Counted from the first letter of the stretch, positions 39,234 to 50,716 are shown. The stretch is DNA of 64,000 nucleotides from an uncultured Gammaproteobacteria bacterium (GCA_964428655.1 CAYRYE010000001.1:462158-526157); one strand, 5' to 3'. The notes: generated by a model not told the origin, from the letters alone. Translations and numbers: made by a program.

Positions 39234-40545
39234 TTGGCAGCCAGTAATCGGCCTTGAAGTTCACATAGAACTGAAAACCAAATCTAAAATGTTTTGTTCT
39301 TGTCTGAATAAGCATTTTAGAGAAAAGCCAAATACTCATGTTTGCCCTGTTTGTCTCGGTTTACCGGGAGCTCTGCCTGTTCCCAATCGAAAAGCAATTG
39401 AACAAACAATTACTATTGCTTCAGTTCTTAGCTGTCGAATAAACAAAAATTTCTGGTTTGATCGAAAAAACTATTTCTATCCTGATTTGCCTAAGGGATA
39501 CCAAATTAGTCAACATTTTTCGCCAATAGGGATTAATGGAAAAGTGCCAATTTTAACTGGTGGAAAAATCAAGAAAATAGGAATTAGCAATATCCATCTT
39601 GAAGAAGACACGGGCAAATTAATCCATGAAGAAAAACAAACTCTGATTGATTTTAACCGCAGCGGTGTTCCTTTGGTAGAAATAGTCAGTCTGCCGGAAA
39701 TAACCTCTGCTGAAGAAGCAAAAGTATATCTAAAAAGACTACAACAAGTTGTTCGCTGGTTAGGCTTATCAGACTGCGATATGGAAAAAGGGTCAATGAG
39801 GTTAGAGGCTAACATTTCTGTTACTAAGGATCCTAAGAAATTACCTGATTATAAAATAGAAATTAAGAATCTGAATTCTTTCCGATTCGTGGAAAAAGCG
39901 ATTAATTATGAAATTGAAAGACAAATTAAAATATTAGAAAAAGGCAAAACCCCAAAACAAGAAACCAGAGGCTTTGATTCTGAGAACGGAATAACTTTCT
40001 CACAAAGGGGTAAAGAGGCAACTCAAGAATACCGCTACTTTCCGGAACCGGATATTCCTCCTTTTAAGATAAGCAGCAGGCAACTCCGAGAACTGCAAAA
40101 AACAATAGAAAAAATGCCTTGGCAAACAGAAAAAAGAATTATGGAAATGGAAGTTAAGTGGCAATGGGCCCAAATTATTACTCAACAGAAAGCAATAGCC
40201 CAGCTTTTTTTTGAAACAACTAAAATTGCAAAAAGCAGATCTATTTCCCCAAATGAGATTGCTAATTGGATAGTTAATAAGAAAATTGATAAAAAAACAA
40301 AAGCTGTTGATTTGGTAAAGTTAGTTGAAAAACAAATGAATAGATTTAAATTATCGAAAGCAGAAATCAGAATAATAGCTCAACAAGTTATAAGTGAAAA
40401 TCCCAAAGCGGCAGAGGATTACAAAAAAGGCAAAACTCAAGTAATTGGTTTTTTGATTGGTCAAGTCCAAGTCAAAACAAAAGGAAAAGCAGATCCTAAA
40501 CTAACCCAAAAAATACTTTTTGAAATTTTAAATCATAAATCATAA
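39220..40545 (+). CDS. gatB: Amidotransferase subunit B
   Basis: IGLEVH, RKNYFYPDLPKGYQISQ, HLEEDTGK, YRYFPEPD. Confidence 0.97.
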   Translation: MSKNNWQPVIGLEVHIELKTKSKMFCSCLNKHFREKPNTHVCPVCLGLPGALPVPNRKAIEQTITIASVLSCRINKNFWFDRKNYFYPDLPKGYQISQHFSPIGINGKVPILTGGKIKKIGISNIHLEEDTGKLIHEEKQTLIDFNRSGVPLVEIVSLPEITSAEEAKVYLKRLQQVVRWLGLSDCDMEKGSMRLEANISVTKDPKKLPDYKIEIKNLNSFRFVEKAINYEIERQIKILEKGKTPKQETRGFDSENGITFSQRGKEATQEYRYFPEPDIPPFKISSRQLRELQKTIEKMPWQTEKRIMEMEVKWQWAQIITQQKAIAQLFFETTKIAKSRSISPNEIANWIVNKKIDKKTKAVDLVKLVEKQMNRFKLSKAEIRIIAQQVISENPKAAEDYKKGKTQVIGFLIGQVQVKTKGKADPKLTQKILFEILNHKS

Positions 40546-43500
40546 ATGGCTAAATCAAACTTTGTCCATTTACATGTCCACACTGAGTATTCTCTTCTTG
40601 ATGGGCTTTCGAAAATAAAACCTTTAGCCAAAAAAGTTAAGGAAATGGGAATGACCTCTTTGGCAATTACTGACCACGGAGTTATGTACGGAGCAATTAA
40701 ATTTTATAATGCCTGCAGAGAAATTGGCATCAAGCCCATTATTGGTTGTGAAATCTATATGGCCCATCGATCGCGGTTTGATAAACAACCCAAAATCGAT
40801 GCTGATCAATGCCACTTCGTTCTCTTGGCTAAAAATTTAGAAGGATACAGAAATCTAATGAAAATTGTTACTCAAGCCCACCTTGAAGGTTTTTACTATA
40901 AACCAAGAGCCGACATTGAATTATTAAAAGAAAACAGTCAAGGATTAATCGCCCTCTCTGCTTGCCTGGAGGGAGAAATTCCATCTTTAATCATTCAAGA
41001 TAATTTTAAAAAAGCCAAGGAAAAAGCTCAGGAATTTTTAGATATATTTGGTGAGGATTTTTATTTAGAAATTCAATCCCATCCCAAAATAAAAAAACAA
41101 GCTGCCGCTAACAAGGGAGTTATTAAAATATCTCGTGAATTAGGAATTCCTTTAGTCGCCACAAACGATTGCCATTATATAATTCCTGACGACGCTGAAG
41201 CCCAAGACGCCCTTATGGCAATCCAAATGCAAAAAACCCTTGATGATAAAAACCGGCTATCTATGCTTGATTCTCCCGATCTCTATGTCAAAAGCCCCAA
41301 GGAAATGGCCAGAGTTTTTTCTGATTATCCCGATGCCATTAAAAACACTGTAAAAATTGCTAAAAAATGTAATTTAGAAATAAAAACTGGTAGTTGGCAC
41401 GTGCCTAGTTTTGATGTTCCCGAAAATTACACTCCAGAAACATACCTGAGGTATTTAGTTAAAAAGGGGTTGAAAAAAAGATATCCCAAACTAACAAAAG
41501 AGATTAAAAAAAGAGTCAAATATGAACTTTCAGTCATTATTGGCAAGGGCTACGCCACTTATTTTTTAGTAGTTCAAGACTTTGTCAACTGGGCCAAAAA
41601 GCAAGGAATTAGAGTTGGCCCGGGGAGAGGATCAGTTGCCGGCTCAATTGCTTCCTATGCTTTAAGGATTACCAGCATTGATCCTCTTTTCTTTCAATTA
41701 CCTTTCGAGCGTTTTATGCATCCGGATCGGCCGTCAACACCGGATATTGACCTGGATTTTGCTGACAACCGCCGAGATGAAGTAATTGACTATGTTGTCA
41801 ATAAATATGGAAAAAACAAAGTAGCTCACATTATTAGTTTTGGCCGAATGGAATCAAGAGCGGCAGTTAGAGATGTTGGTAGAGTCATGGGTATGCCTTA
41901 TTCTGAACCAGATAAAGTTGCCAAACTTATTCCTAGTGGAAAATCAATTGTTCGGGCAATGAAAATGATTCCTGAACTAGAAGTCCTTTATCAAGAACCA
42001 AAATACAAAAAACTTCTTGATCTGGCCCAAAAATTTGAAGGAGTTGCCCGTCACGCCTCAATTCATGCCGCCGGGGTGGTTATTGGTGATAAACCTCTAA
42101 GTAATTACGCTCCATTACAACTAGAGCCTAAACAGAAAAGAAAAAGAGTTACTCAATATGACATGTACGATGTTGACATTGATGCTAATCCAAAAGCAAT
42201 TGGACTTTTAAAAATTGATTTCCTGGGTCTAAGAAATCTCTCTATCCTTGATAAAGCTTTAAAGATGGTCAAAAACGTTAGGGGAAGGAATATTGACCTT
42301 TCAGAAATACCCTTAGACGACAAAAAAACTTTTAAACTTCTTTCACAGGGTTCTACAATTGGAGTCTTTCAGTTAGAAACAGCCGGTATGCAAAAAAATA
42401 TTAAAAAACTAAAACCGACCACAATCTTTGATTTAATGGCTATGGTTGCTCTCTATCGCCCCGGCCCCATACAAACAATTCCAGAATTTATTCGTCGAAA
42501 AAACAAAGCTAAAAAAATTACCTATTTCCACCCAAAATTAAAAGATATCCTTTCCCGCTCCTATGGTCTAATCACCTATCAGGATGATGTTCTTTTAATT
42601 GCTACCCAAATCGCCGGTTACACCTGGGCAGAGGCAGACAAACTGCGTCACGCCATGAGCTCAAAAAAGGGCCGACCCGACATGGGAAAGATTAAGGGCA
42701 AATTTGTTGTGGGTTGCACAAAAAGAGGCATGAAAAAAAAGAATGCTGAAGAGCTTTTTAAATTAATTGAGCCTTTTGGCGCTTATGGTTTCAACAAAAG
42801 CCATTCGGCTTGTTACGCTACTATTGCCTATCAAACAGCCTATATGAAAGCCAACTATCCGGTTGAATTTATGGCCGCCCTCCTAACTGCTGAGGCAGGG
42901 GCTAGCTCCCAATCAAAAGAAACTAAGGTTCCTTTAGCCATCGACGAATGCCGCCAGATGGGAATTATTGTTCTGCCGCCCAACATTAACAAATCAGAAA
43001 CGGGCTTCACTACCGAAAAAAATAAAGATTCACTTAATGGACTAGCTATTAGATTTGGACTTTCTGCTATTAAAAACGTCGGTGAGGCGGCTATTGAAGA
43101 AATCCTTTCCACTCGCAGGGACGGAGGAGACTTTGCCTCCCTGACTGATTTTTGCCTAAGGGTTAACAGTCAAAAAGTAAACAAAAAGGTGATCGAAAGC
43201 TTGATTAAAACTGGAGCTGTGGATCAATTCGGTAAACGGAGCTCCATGCTGGCCAGTCTGAAACAAATCAAGGAAATGGCTGACAAAAGACAAAGAGATC
43301 TCAAAAATGGCCAAACTACCTTTTTTGCAAATCAAGCCGAGGATAAAAAGATTACCCAGGATCGTTTGGTCGAAATGGATGAATTTTCCAAAGACCAACT
43401 TTTAAAATTAGAAAGAGACCTTCTCGGTTTCTATTTATCTGAGAATCCTTTGCGCCAACAACTAGAAAATTTATCAGCGGCAGTAAGCCATAAGATATAT

Positions 43501-43989
43501 CAAGTTGCTGAAATTGAAAAAGGCAAGGTGAGAATCGCTGGAGTGATTTCCAGTCTAAGAATCGTGACTACCAGAAACGGGGGCAGAGAAATGGCCTTTG
43601 CCTCAATCGAAGATGAAACCGGAAAACTGGAAGTGGTTATCTTTCCGACAGTTTTCGAACAATCGAGAAACTCAATAATTAGCGAAAAGATAGTCATCAT
43701 TGAAGCTAAAATAGAACAAAGAGATGAGAGACAATCGTTAATCGCGGAAAAAATTATTGACAGTGAGAAAAGGGAAGAAATTGAGCAAATGGGCCAAGAA
43801 GAATTTGTTATTAAAATACCAAAAGGCACCAGCTCTGCAACTTTAGTCAAGCTGAATACTTTGCTTAAGAAAAACCCGGGTCAAAATTACGGCTCTATCC
43901 ATTTCCCGGCTGGAAAAGAATACCGAATTACATCCGGTGTTAATTGGAGTAATGAGTTAGAAATTGAAATACGCAGACTCCTTTGCTAA
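40546..43989 (+). CDS. dnaE: DNA polymerase III alpha subunit
   Basis: [43 protein letters not shown]; no intein. Confidence 0.98.
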   Translation: MAKSNFVHLHVHTEYSLLDGLSKIKPLAKKVKEMGMTSLAITDHGVMYGAIKFYNACREIGIKPIIGCEIYMAHRSRFDKQPKIDADQCHFVLLAKNLEGYRNLMKIVTQAHLEGFYYKPRADIELLKENSQGLIALSACLEGEIPSLIIQDNFKKAKEKAQEFLDIFGEDFYLEIQSHPKIKKQAAANKGVIKISRELGIPLVATNDCHYIIPDDAEAQDALMAIQMQKTLDDKNRLSMLDSPDLYVKSPKEMARVFSDYPDAIKNTVKIAKKCNLEIKTGSWHVPSFDVPENYTPETYLRYLVKKGLKKRYPKLTKEIKKRVKYELSVIIGKGYATYFLVVQDFVNWAKKQGIRVGPGRGSVAGSIASYALRITSIDPLFFQLPFERFMHPDRPSTPDIDLDFADNRRDEVIDYVVNKYGKNKVAHIISFGRMESRAAVRDVGRVMGMPYSEPDKVAKLIPSGKSIVRAMKMIPELEVLYQEPKYKKLLDLAQKFEGVARHASIHAAGVVIGDKPLSNYAPLQLEPKQKRKRVTQYDMYDVDIDANPKAIGLLKIDFLGLRNLSILDKALKMVKNVRGRNIDLSEIPLDDKKTFKLLSQGSTIGVFQLETAGMQKNIKKLKPTTIFDLMAMVALYRPGPIQTIPEFIRRKNKAKKITYFHPKLKDILSRSYGLITYQDDVLLIATQIAGYTWAEADKLRHAMSSKKGRPDMGKIKGKFVVGCTKRGMKKKNAEELFKLIEPFGAYGFNKSHSACYATIAYQTAYMKANYPVEFMAALLTAEAGASSQSKETKVPLAIDECRQMGIIVLPPNINKSETGFTTEKNKDSLNGLAIRFGLSAIKNVGEAAIEEILSTRRDGGDFASLTDFCLRVNSQKVNKKVIESLIKTGAVDQFGKRSSMLASLKQIKEMADKRQRDLKNGQTTFFANQAEDKKITQDRLVEMDEFSKDQLLKLERDLLGFYLSENPLRQQLENLSAAVSHKIYQVAEIEKGKVRIAGVISSLRIVTTRNGGREMAFASIEDETGKLEVVIFPTVFEQSRNSIISEKIVIIEAKIEQRDERQSLIAEKIIDSEKREEIEQMGQEEFVIKIPKGTSSATLVKLNTLLKKNPGQNYGSIHFPAGKEYRITSGVNWSNELEIEIRRLLC

Positions 43990-43999
43990 AATCCTAATC

Positions 44000-44329
44000 A
44001 TGGCAATTCAGGCAAGTTGGCAAGACAAAACTAAATTTAATGTCGGCGATACCGTCAGAATTGATTACAAAATAGTTGAAGAGGGTAAAAAAGAAAGGAC
44101 TCAACCTTTTGAGGGAGTAGTGATTAGTATTCGTGGGGAAGGGGAGAGCAAAACTTTTATTGTCCGCAAGATCGCCACAGGCAGAATTGGGGTGGAAAGA
44201 ATTTTCCCCCTTAATTCTCCTTGGATTGTTAATCTAAAAGTGGTCAAGAGTCCTAAAAAAAGAATCAGAAGAGCTAAACTTTACTATCTCCGCAAAAAAC
44301 CTAAAAAAGGTAAAAAAAGACTGATTTAA
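44000..44329 (+). CDS. rplS: 50S ribosomal protein L19
   Basis: [33 protein letters not shown]. Confidence 0.96.
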   Translation: MAIQASWQDKTKFNVGDTVRIDYKIVEEGKKERTQPFEGVVISIRGEGESKTFIVRKIATGRIGVERIFPLNSPWIVNLKVVKSPKKRIRRAKLYYLRKKPKKGKKRLI

Positions 44330-44444
44330 TTACACAGACAAAAGCAGGAAAAATTCGAACGCATTTCAAAGAAAATTGTTAAAGTACAGTGTTTTACTTC
44401 CCCAATACTTATTGTATAATCGTGTAACAAATTAACGTACAGAT

Positions 44445-44966
44445 ATGGCAAAAAATGAAATAGGTATTTTTACAATAGGAGAAATCGAAGGTGATTCTCA
44501 TCTTGGAGACAGGCGAGTAAGAACAAGAATAACCGTTGCTCCGGGTTCTGTAAGACCAAAACAAATGTCAGCAGCCTCCAGGTTAGCCCGAACAACAACC
44601 CGCGGAAAAGCAAAATGTTTCGATGGCTCGAGATTCTATGTTGACGAAGACAGCCCACACCTTACCGTCGTTCACGCAGCGGAACATGTCGCACTTACTG
44701 TTGCAGAGCGTATATTTGAAAGGCAGGCTGTTAAAGCAAAAATCGAACCTTCCTCCGTATGGGTTAGCGGACTTTGCGAAACCGAAACCACCTCACGTTC
44801 TAATAGACCGCGTGCCGTCAGAATGACTTTGCGACTCGGACTTGCCGATGTGCGCCAAACAGATGCCTTAGGCGCCGCTCGCGGCTGCCATGACGTTCTC
44901 GAGCATTCACTAAGAAGAGGATTAGAAATAACAAGCGGTGTAATAACTAGAACTAGAAGAAGATAA
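44445..44966 (+). CDS. Stand-alone protein resembling the cyanophycin synthetase N-terminal domain (putative HxxEH metallopeptidase)
   Basis: C58-x18-H77AAEH81VAL; TATAAT at 44415-44420. Confidence 0.55.
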   Translation: MAKNEIGIFTIGEIEGDSHLGDRRVRTRITVAPGSVRPKQMSAASRLARTTTRGKAKCFDGSRFYVDEDSPHLTVVHAAEHVALTVAERIFERQAVKAKIEPSSVWVSGLCETETTSRSNRPRAVRMTLRLGLADVRQTDALGAARGCHDVLEHSLRRGLEITSGVITRTRRR

Positions 44967-45192
44967 AACAAACATCTACATTTTTCTTTTGCGATTTTTT
45001 CTCGCGAGCATCAACCAGTAGTTGGAGGAAGAATGCCAATTATAGAAAGAAGAGAATTAGATTCTGATTTAGATGCTCCCATCTTAAATAGACGCTAGAT
45101 TTCTCTTGTTGTTAAGTTTACTTTCTAAAAATCTGAGATATGAATATTACACATATTTGTAAATCCTTACTTCTTATCCTATAATACATGTT

Positions 45193-45657
45193 ATGCCAGA
45201 AAAGGGCGAAAACTTAGTAACCAGAATCAACTATAATCCCAGAGTAAAATCTGCTTTGGCCCTTGCTTTTTTCGGCGCCTCGGCTTTTGCTTTGAAAAGA
45301 TTGGAGCTTAGTCAACAACCTTTGCCTTCCGTAATGCGTGGAAGGCTTTTTGGCACTTGTGCAACTCCAGTAATTGCGCCTCTCATTGGGTTCATAACAG
45401 GGGCAGATATGCCTCGTGCGCGCGCGGCAGCAGGTCTTTTTGCGCCTTGCTACTACGAATATCTCCAAAGCATTGGAAAAGCCAAAGGAACTTTTGATCA
45501 AGGAGATTTTGCGGCTTATGCCCTTGGCGCAATCGGCTGGGCCTTGTTTGATGGATGCGCCAGGGCCCTTCACGATTCTGGTTTAACAAATCCAATTTAT
45601 GGAGCGCTCGGAATCAATAGACGTCCTCCCAGAAATCGCCCAGAGCTTGGAGAGTAA
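45193..45657 (+). CDS. VanZ/DUF2809-like membrane protein
   Basis: Hydrophobic segments with E.LQ......GTFD..D..AYALG. Confidence 0.55.
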   Translation: MPEKGENLVTRINYNPRVKSALALAFFGASAFALKRLELSQQPLPSVMRGRLFGTCATPVIAPLIGFITGADMPRARAAAGLFAPCYYEYLQSIGKAKGTFDQGDFAAYALGAIGWALFDGCARALHDSGLTNPIYGALGINRRPPRNRPELGE

Positions 45658-45703
45658 ACCACATTTGCCATAAAGTTCACATCCACCGCACTTCCACTTT
45701 ATT

Positions 45704-45991
45704 TTATTTTCTTCTTTTGCGACCTTGCCTTTGCCTCACAACCTCTTTTGCCAGCGCCCAATTGACTACCAAAAGTTCTTGTGTTCTATTTCTGCCACCA
45801 ACTCTGTTAAAAGCGTTTTGTACGACAAAAGCTATTTGGCCTCTTTTCCCGGGGACAGGAGTGATAGGAGTAACTTGGCCTCTTCTACCATCTTCAAAAA
45901 TAGTAGCAGTATATGGCCTTAGCCCCCCCTCACTCCATATTTTCGGAGTCTTTGCTACAACGATTATTACCCTCTCCGTCATTATAGTCAA
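45704..45991 (-). CDS. Hypothetical basic protein
   Basis: 95-aa ORF with TATAAT upstream; start uncertain; no motif. Confidence 0.5.
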   Translation of the reverse strand: MTIMTERVIIVVAKTPKIWSEGGLRPYTATIFEDGRRGQVTPITPVPGKRGQIAFVVQNAFNRVGGRNRTQELLVVNWALAKEVVRQRQGRKRRK

Positions 45992-46142
45992 TTATTATAA
46001 GATTTATTTTTCATTTTGTCAAAAAATCGCAATATTCCCACTAAGTATGGAACAATCGCTTTTGGGAAAATATCTTTAATTCTTTAATATAATGACCTCG
46101 GAGTCTGGCACGACCAAGGCGTGATTAAATTTTCACTCTCTG

Positions 46143-46216
46143 TGCCGCCAGCGGGATTCGAACCCGCGATTTCCACCTTGAAAGAGTGGCGTCCTAGGCC
46201 CCTAGACCATGGCGGC
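46143..46216 (-). tRNA. tRNA-Glu(TTC)
   Basis: Acceptor GCCGCCA/TGGCGGC, anticodon loop CTTTCAA. Confidence 0.94.
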
Positions 46217-46304
46217 TCTTGTCACTTACTGAGTAATTATACTACAATGGAGGTGTTATGAAAATATTGGGCGTTAAGGAAAAGAAAGGGGGTGAAGTTT
46301 TAAA

Positions 46305-46559
46305 ATGGCCGATTTAAAGGTCGGTAAGATTACCCACTACTTTGATAAAATTGGAGTCGCTGTTTTGGAAGTTGAAGAGGAAACAATCAGTGTAGGTGAT
46401 ACCATTAAAATTACTGGACATGGAGAAGACTTTGAACAAAAGATAGAATCAATGCAGGTCGAACACGAAAATGTCCAAACTGCTAAAAAAGGCACCAGCA
46501 TTGGGTTAAAAATAGAACAGCCAGTTAAAAAAGGCGACGAAGTTTATAAAGTTGCTTAA
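46305..46559 (+). CDS. Small translation-factor-like beta-barrel protein (resembles the U32 C-terminal domain)
   Basis: VGKITHYFDKIGVA, VGD.I.I.G, F.Q.I.SMQ; GGGGGTG SD. Confidence 0.75.
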   Translation: MADLKVGKITHYFDKIGVAVLEVEEETISVGDTIKITGHGEDFEQKIESMQVEHENVQTAKKGTSIGLKIEQPVKKGDEVYKVA

Positions 46560-46569
46560 GTAGGTAAAC

Positions 46570-47256
46570 ATGATCCATTTGTTTCACGGCGACGATAATT
46601 TCCAAAGCCGCCAGAAGCTTTTTAATGCTCTAAGGCCTTACCGGGAAACCAAATTTCTTCCTGCCAAGGAGATAACCTCTGAAAAATTAGTTAACTTAAC
46701 TGGCGGCCTTTTTTCTTCCAAAAAGAAAAGCCTGACTATAGAGAAACTTTTTTCGCTTCCTAAATCCAGTATCGAAAAGATTGTTTCTCAATTGGAAAAA
46801 ATGGGAGATGATATTGATATTTTTCTTTGGGAAAATAAAAAAATCATACCCTCGAAATTATCAGTTTTAGGCAAGAAAAGGAAAGTTTCCTTATCACAAA
46901 TCCCAGCGACGATATTTAAATTATTAGACTCAATCGGCCAAAGCAATCCCTATAATTCACTAAATTTTCTAAAATTAACTTTCAAAAGCCATCCTCCTGA
47001 ATTAATTTTATATTTAATGGAGAAAAGACTTAGAGATTTACTGATAACAAAAATTGATTCCGATAAATTAAAAATTCCTCCTTGGCAGAAAAAAAGGTTA
47101 ATGGGTCAAGTTCAAAAACTAAGTCTTGAAAAAATCAAGGACGTATATTTAAATCTAATAGAAATTGAATGGAAGAATAAAACAGGACAACTGGGAAACA
47201 GTTTAAAAAACGAACTAGTTAATCTTGTAGTATTATTAATAGATGAAAACTATTGA
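46570..47256 (+). CDS. holA: DNA polymerase III delta subunit-like (shortened)
   Basis: MI.LFHGDD N-terminus, GLF, IFKLLD, C-terminal IE...KTG. Confidence 0.7.
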   Translation: MIHLFHGDDNFQSRQKLFNALRPYRETKFLPAKEITSEKLVNLTGGLFSSKKKSLTIEKLFSLPKSSIEKIVSQLEKMGDDIDIFLWENKKIIPSKLSVLGKKRKVSLSQIPATIFKLLDSIGQSNPYNSLNFLKLTFKSHPPELILYLMEKRLRDLLITKIDSDKLKIPPWQKKRLMGQVQKLSLEKIKDVYLNLIEIEWKNKTGQLGNSLKNELVNLVVLLIDENY

Positions 47257-48025
47257 TCAGTTAACCAAAGAAGATATTAAAAATATTAAGGTTATTTGTT
47301 TTGATTGTGATGGAGTCACAACAAAAGAGGGCACTTTTATCCAAGAAAAGGGCAACGAACTGGTAGTGAAAACAACTTCTCTGTCAAACGAAACAGCCCT
47401 CAAGTTGAACAAACTCAAAAAAGATTTCTTTTTAGTCTTCTCTAGTGGCAGAAGTTTGCTTTATTTGTCCAGAATGTATGAGAAAATTCTCTGGGACAAC
47501 CTCGCTCTTCAGGCAGAAGCAGGCATTTTCACTCTTTACCAGGGAACTGTTTTTCAACAAGAAAGATTCAGTCAATATTATCTTGAAAAATCCACCAGAA
47601 TAAAAAACGAAATTAGAAAGCTTTCCGAAACTAATCCCAACATTGTTGGTTTCGAGCCAAAGCAATTCTTGGTTACTGTTCATTGTCAAAAAGAAGATGC
47701 TGAAATTCTTAAGATTGTCAAAAAACATGATCCGGAAAACGAATATTGTTGTCCTTGGAGCGGAGAAGCTTATGACATTAATCCCAAAATTTTTAACAAG
47801 GGAGCTGGTCTAAAATTCCTGCTTGATAAAATAGGATTTAAATTAGAAAATGTTTTAGCTGTAGGCAATGATCCCAACGACAAAGAAATGGTTGAACGGG
47901 CCGGGATCGGTATCACCACTGATCCTGAAAGTGTAATCAAGGGCGCTGACTTTATCACTAACAAAAAAGGAGTATTGGGAGGGCAAGAATTAATTGACAA
48001 ATTATTAGAACTGATCAATGACTAA
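47243..48025 (+). CDS. HAD-superfamily phosphatase (IIB-like)
   Basis: DCDG motif I, SSGR motif II, NKG, GNDPND motif IV. Confidence 0.85.
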   Translation: MKTIDQLTKEDIKNIKVICFDCDGVTTKEGTFIQEKGNELVVKTTSLSNETALKLNKLKKDFFLVFSSGRSLLYLSRMYEKILWDNLALQAEAGIFTLYQGTVFQQERFSQYYLEKSTRIKNEIRKLSETNPNIVGFEPKQFLVTVHCQKEDAEILKIVKKHDPENEYCCPWSGEAYDINPKIFNKGAGLKFLLDKIGFKLENVLAVGNDPNDKEMVERAGIGITTDPESVIKGADFITNKKGVLGGQELIDKLLELIND

Positions 48026-48419
48026 AGATTTTACTAATGAACCATATAGTGTTAGGGTGGAAAAACCCTGGGGCTATGAAATTGTTATTACTCCCCCCAA
48101 TGCTCCGGTAACCGGCAAACTTGCTTTTACCAACGCTGGCCAACGTTGGAGTCTCCAATATCATGAAAAAAAAACAGAAATTATTTGTCTTATCTCTGGT
48201 AAGGCAGTTTTAGCTCTTGAAAATAAAGAGATTAAAATGACGCCCTTCAAAGGTTATCTAGTCAAATCAAATCAAAAGCACCGCCTCCAGGCAAAAACCG
48301 ACTGTCTGACAGCAGAATTTTCAACCCCGGAAGCAAAAAGCAAAACCATTAGATTAGAAGATGACTATGGCCGGAAAGATGAAACAGAAAAAGACAGACA
48401 AAGATTAAGGAAAAAATGA
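48018..48419 (+). CDS. Cupin protein (type II mannose-6-phosphate isomerase C-terminal-like)
   Basis: KPWG, SLQYH.KK.E, HRL, E.STP, RLEDDYGR. Confidence 0.85.
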   Translation: MTKDFTNEPYSVRVEKPWGYEIVITPPNAPVTGKLAFTNAGQRWSLQYHEKKTEIICLISGKAVLALENKEIKMTPFKGYLVKSNQKHRLQAKTDCLTAEFSTPEAKSKTIRLEDDYGRKDETEKDRQRLRKK

Positions 48420-50716
48420 AAAAACGCGAAAAAAACATACTCTGGTTCAAAGAGATTGATAAAGCCGACATCGCCCTAGTTGGCGGCAAGGGGGGCAATC
48501 TTGGAGAAATGGTTAAATTCTTGGGAGATTTGGTTCCTAATGGTTTTGTGGTTACCGCTAAGGCATATTTTGACTTTATTAAGCACAATGAATTAGAGGG
48601 AAAGATTGCTGAAATCCTAAAAACAACCAACGTCCATCAGCCAACTGAGCTAGACCTTGCTTCAAAAAGAATAAAGGCATTAATCATCAAAAGCAAAATC
48701 CCAGAAAAACTAGCCCAAGAGATTATTAACAATTATCACAAATTAGGAAAGATGTTTGGATTAAAACAGGCCCTAACAGCAATAAGATCTTCGGCAACGG
48801 CTGAAGATCTGCCCGATGCCTCCTTTGCTGGCCAACAAGAGACATTTCTCAATATTAGGGGTGAAGCAAACGTGGTTAACAATGTCCGTAAAGCCTGGGC
48901 TTCGCTTTTTACCCCAAGGGCAATCTTTTACCGAGAAGAAAAGGGGTTCAAACACCTTAAAGTCGGTTTGGCGGCAGTGGTTCAAACAATGATCCAGTCA
49001 GATGTTTCTGGCGTCATGTTCACCATTGATCCAGTCACTAACCAAAAAAATAAAATCATTATTGAGGCTGTTTGGGGTTTGGGAGACTATATTGTTCAAG
49101 GAATAGTAACTCCTGATCATTACGAAGTTGAGAGGGGAGAATATAATGTTAGCAAGGTAGAAACTGTTCCCCAAAGATTTCAACTAAAAAAACAGCGGGG
49201 CAGGAACGTCAGAACCACAGTGCCAAAAGAGAAAAAAAAACTGCAAAAGCTCAACAGTTCCCAAATTGTTCAAATAGCCAAAATCGGTGAGCAAATTCAC
49301 AAACATTATTTTTTTCCTCAAGACATTGAATGGGGGACTGAAAAAGGTAAAATCTATATTCTTCAGACCCGCCCTGTAACCACTATTAAAAAAAGAGCAG
49401 CCGGTGATGATAAAGAGCTGCCAATTATTGGCGAGCTGGTTCTCACTGGTGTTGGAGCCAGTCCTGGAATTGGCCAAGGAAAAGTGGTAATCATTAAAAG
49501 AGCTAATCAAATCAATAAGATCAAAAAGGGTAATATTTTGGTTACTTCCATGACCTCTCCCGACTTTGTTCCAGCTATGAAAAAGGCGGCGGCCATTGTC
49601 ACTGATTTGGGAGGACAAACCTCCCATGCCGCCATTGTTTCCCGAGAGCTGGGCGTTCCCTGCATAGTTGGCACCAAGAACGTCACTAAAATACTTAAAA
49701 ACGGCGATCAAATAGTAGTGGACGGTAAAAATGGTAATATTTGGCTGGGACATCTAAAGAAAGGCTCTAAAAAGAGAATAAAAACCTCATTAACAGGAAA
49801 ACCAACTCCCAAAAGCGCCGTTAGGAAAACAGCCACTAAACTATACCTTAATTTAGCTGAGCCAGGGCTAGCTAAAGAAATTGCCAAAAGAAATGTTGAT
49901 GGGGTAGGACTGCTTAGAGCTGAATTTATGATTGCTGAAATAGGCATTCACCCCCAAAAATTAATCCAAGAAAAAAAAGAAAAAGTTTTCATAGAAAAAC
50001 TGTCAAAGGGAATTCTGAAGTTCTGCCAAGCTTTTAATCCTCGGCCGGTAGTTTATCGAGCAACTGACTTTAAAACTAATGAGTATCGCCATTTAATTGG
50101 CGGTGATCTCTTTGAGCCGGAAGAGGCAAATCCTTTCTTGGGATTTAGGGGGGCAATTCGCTATATTAGCTTACCCCAGGTATTTGAATTGGAGCTTGAG
50201 GCAATAAAACAGGTACGCAATAAATATAAATTTAAAAACCTTTGGTTAATGATCCCTTTTGTGCGTACTCCAAAAGAGTTGTTGGAAGTTAAGCGCATTG
50301 TTGCCGGCAGTGGATTAGTCCGAAGTCCCAGCTTCAAACTCTGGATGATGGTTGAAATTCCCAGCAATTTCTTAATTCTTAATGAATTCATTAAGGTTGG
50401 AATTGATGGTGTTTCCATTGGTACTAACGACCTAACCATGCTCATTTTGGGATTAGACCGGGATAATAGTGAAATTGCCCATGAATTCGACGAAAGAAGC
50501 CCAGCTGTCTTAAAAGCTTTAAAAAAAGTAATCAAAACCTGCCACAAGTATAACATTACCAGTTCTATTTGCGGCCAGGCGCCGAGTCAATATCCGGAAT
50601 TTGTTGAAAAGCTAGTCAAATGGGGAATTACCAGCGTTTCCGTCAGTCCTGATGCTATTGAGCGAACCAGGGAAATTATCGCCTGGGCAGAAAAAAAGAA
50701 AATAAAGGAAAAATGA
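48416..50716 (+). CDS. ppsA: Phosphoenolpyruvate synthase
   Basis: VGGKGGNLGEM, RSSATAEDLPDASFAGQQET, GG.TSHAAIVSRE, GLLRAEF, SICGQAPS. Confidence 0.96.
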   Translation: MKKREKNILWFKEIDKADIALVGGKGGNLGEMVKFLGDLVPNGFVVTAKAYFDFIKHNELEGKIAEILKTTNVHQPTELDLASKRIKALIIKSKIPEKLAQEIINNYHKLGKMFGLKQALTAIRSSATAEDLPDASFAGQQETFLNIRGEANVVNNVRKAWASLFTPRAIFYREEKGFKHLKVGLAAVVQTMIQSDVSGVMFTIDPVTNQKNKIIIEAVWGLGDYIVQGIVTPDHYEVERGEYNVSKVETVPQRFQLKKQRGRNVRTTVPKEKKKLQKLNSSQIVQIAKIGEQIHKHYFFPQDIEWGTEKGKIYILQTRPVTTIKKRAAGDDKELPIIGELVLTGVGASPGIGQGKVVIIKRANQINKIKKGNILVTSMTSPDFVPAMKKAAAIVTDLGGQTSHAAIVSRELGVPCIVGTKNVTKILKNGDQIVVDGKNGNIWLGHLKKGSKKRIKTSLTGKPTPKSAVRKTATKLYLNLAEPGLAKEIAKRNVDGVGLLRAEFMIAEIGIHPQKLIQEKKEKVFIEKLSKGILKFCQAFNPRPVVYRATDFKTNEYRHLIGGDLFEPEEANPFLGFRGAIRYISLPQVFELELEAIKQVRNKYKFKNLWLMIPFVRTPKELLEVKRIVAGSGLVRSPSFKLWMMVEIPSNFLILNEFIKVGIDGVSIGTNDLTMLILGLDRDNSEIAHEFDERSPAVLKALKKVIKTCHKYNITSSICGQAPSQYPEFVEKLVKWGITSVSVSPDAIERTREIIAWAEKKKIKEK

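Noticed and set aside
40546-43989. Intein or intron in dnaE
   Set aside because: Normal length, contiguous motifs, no splicing motifs seen
46088-46140. Possible small RNA after TATAAT, converging on tRNA-Glu
   Set aside because: Only 4-5 bp stems, no terminator, no recognisable family
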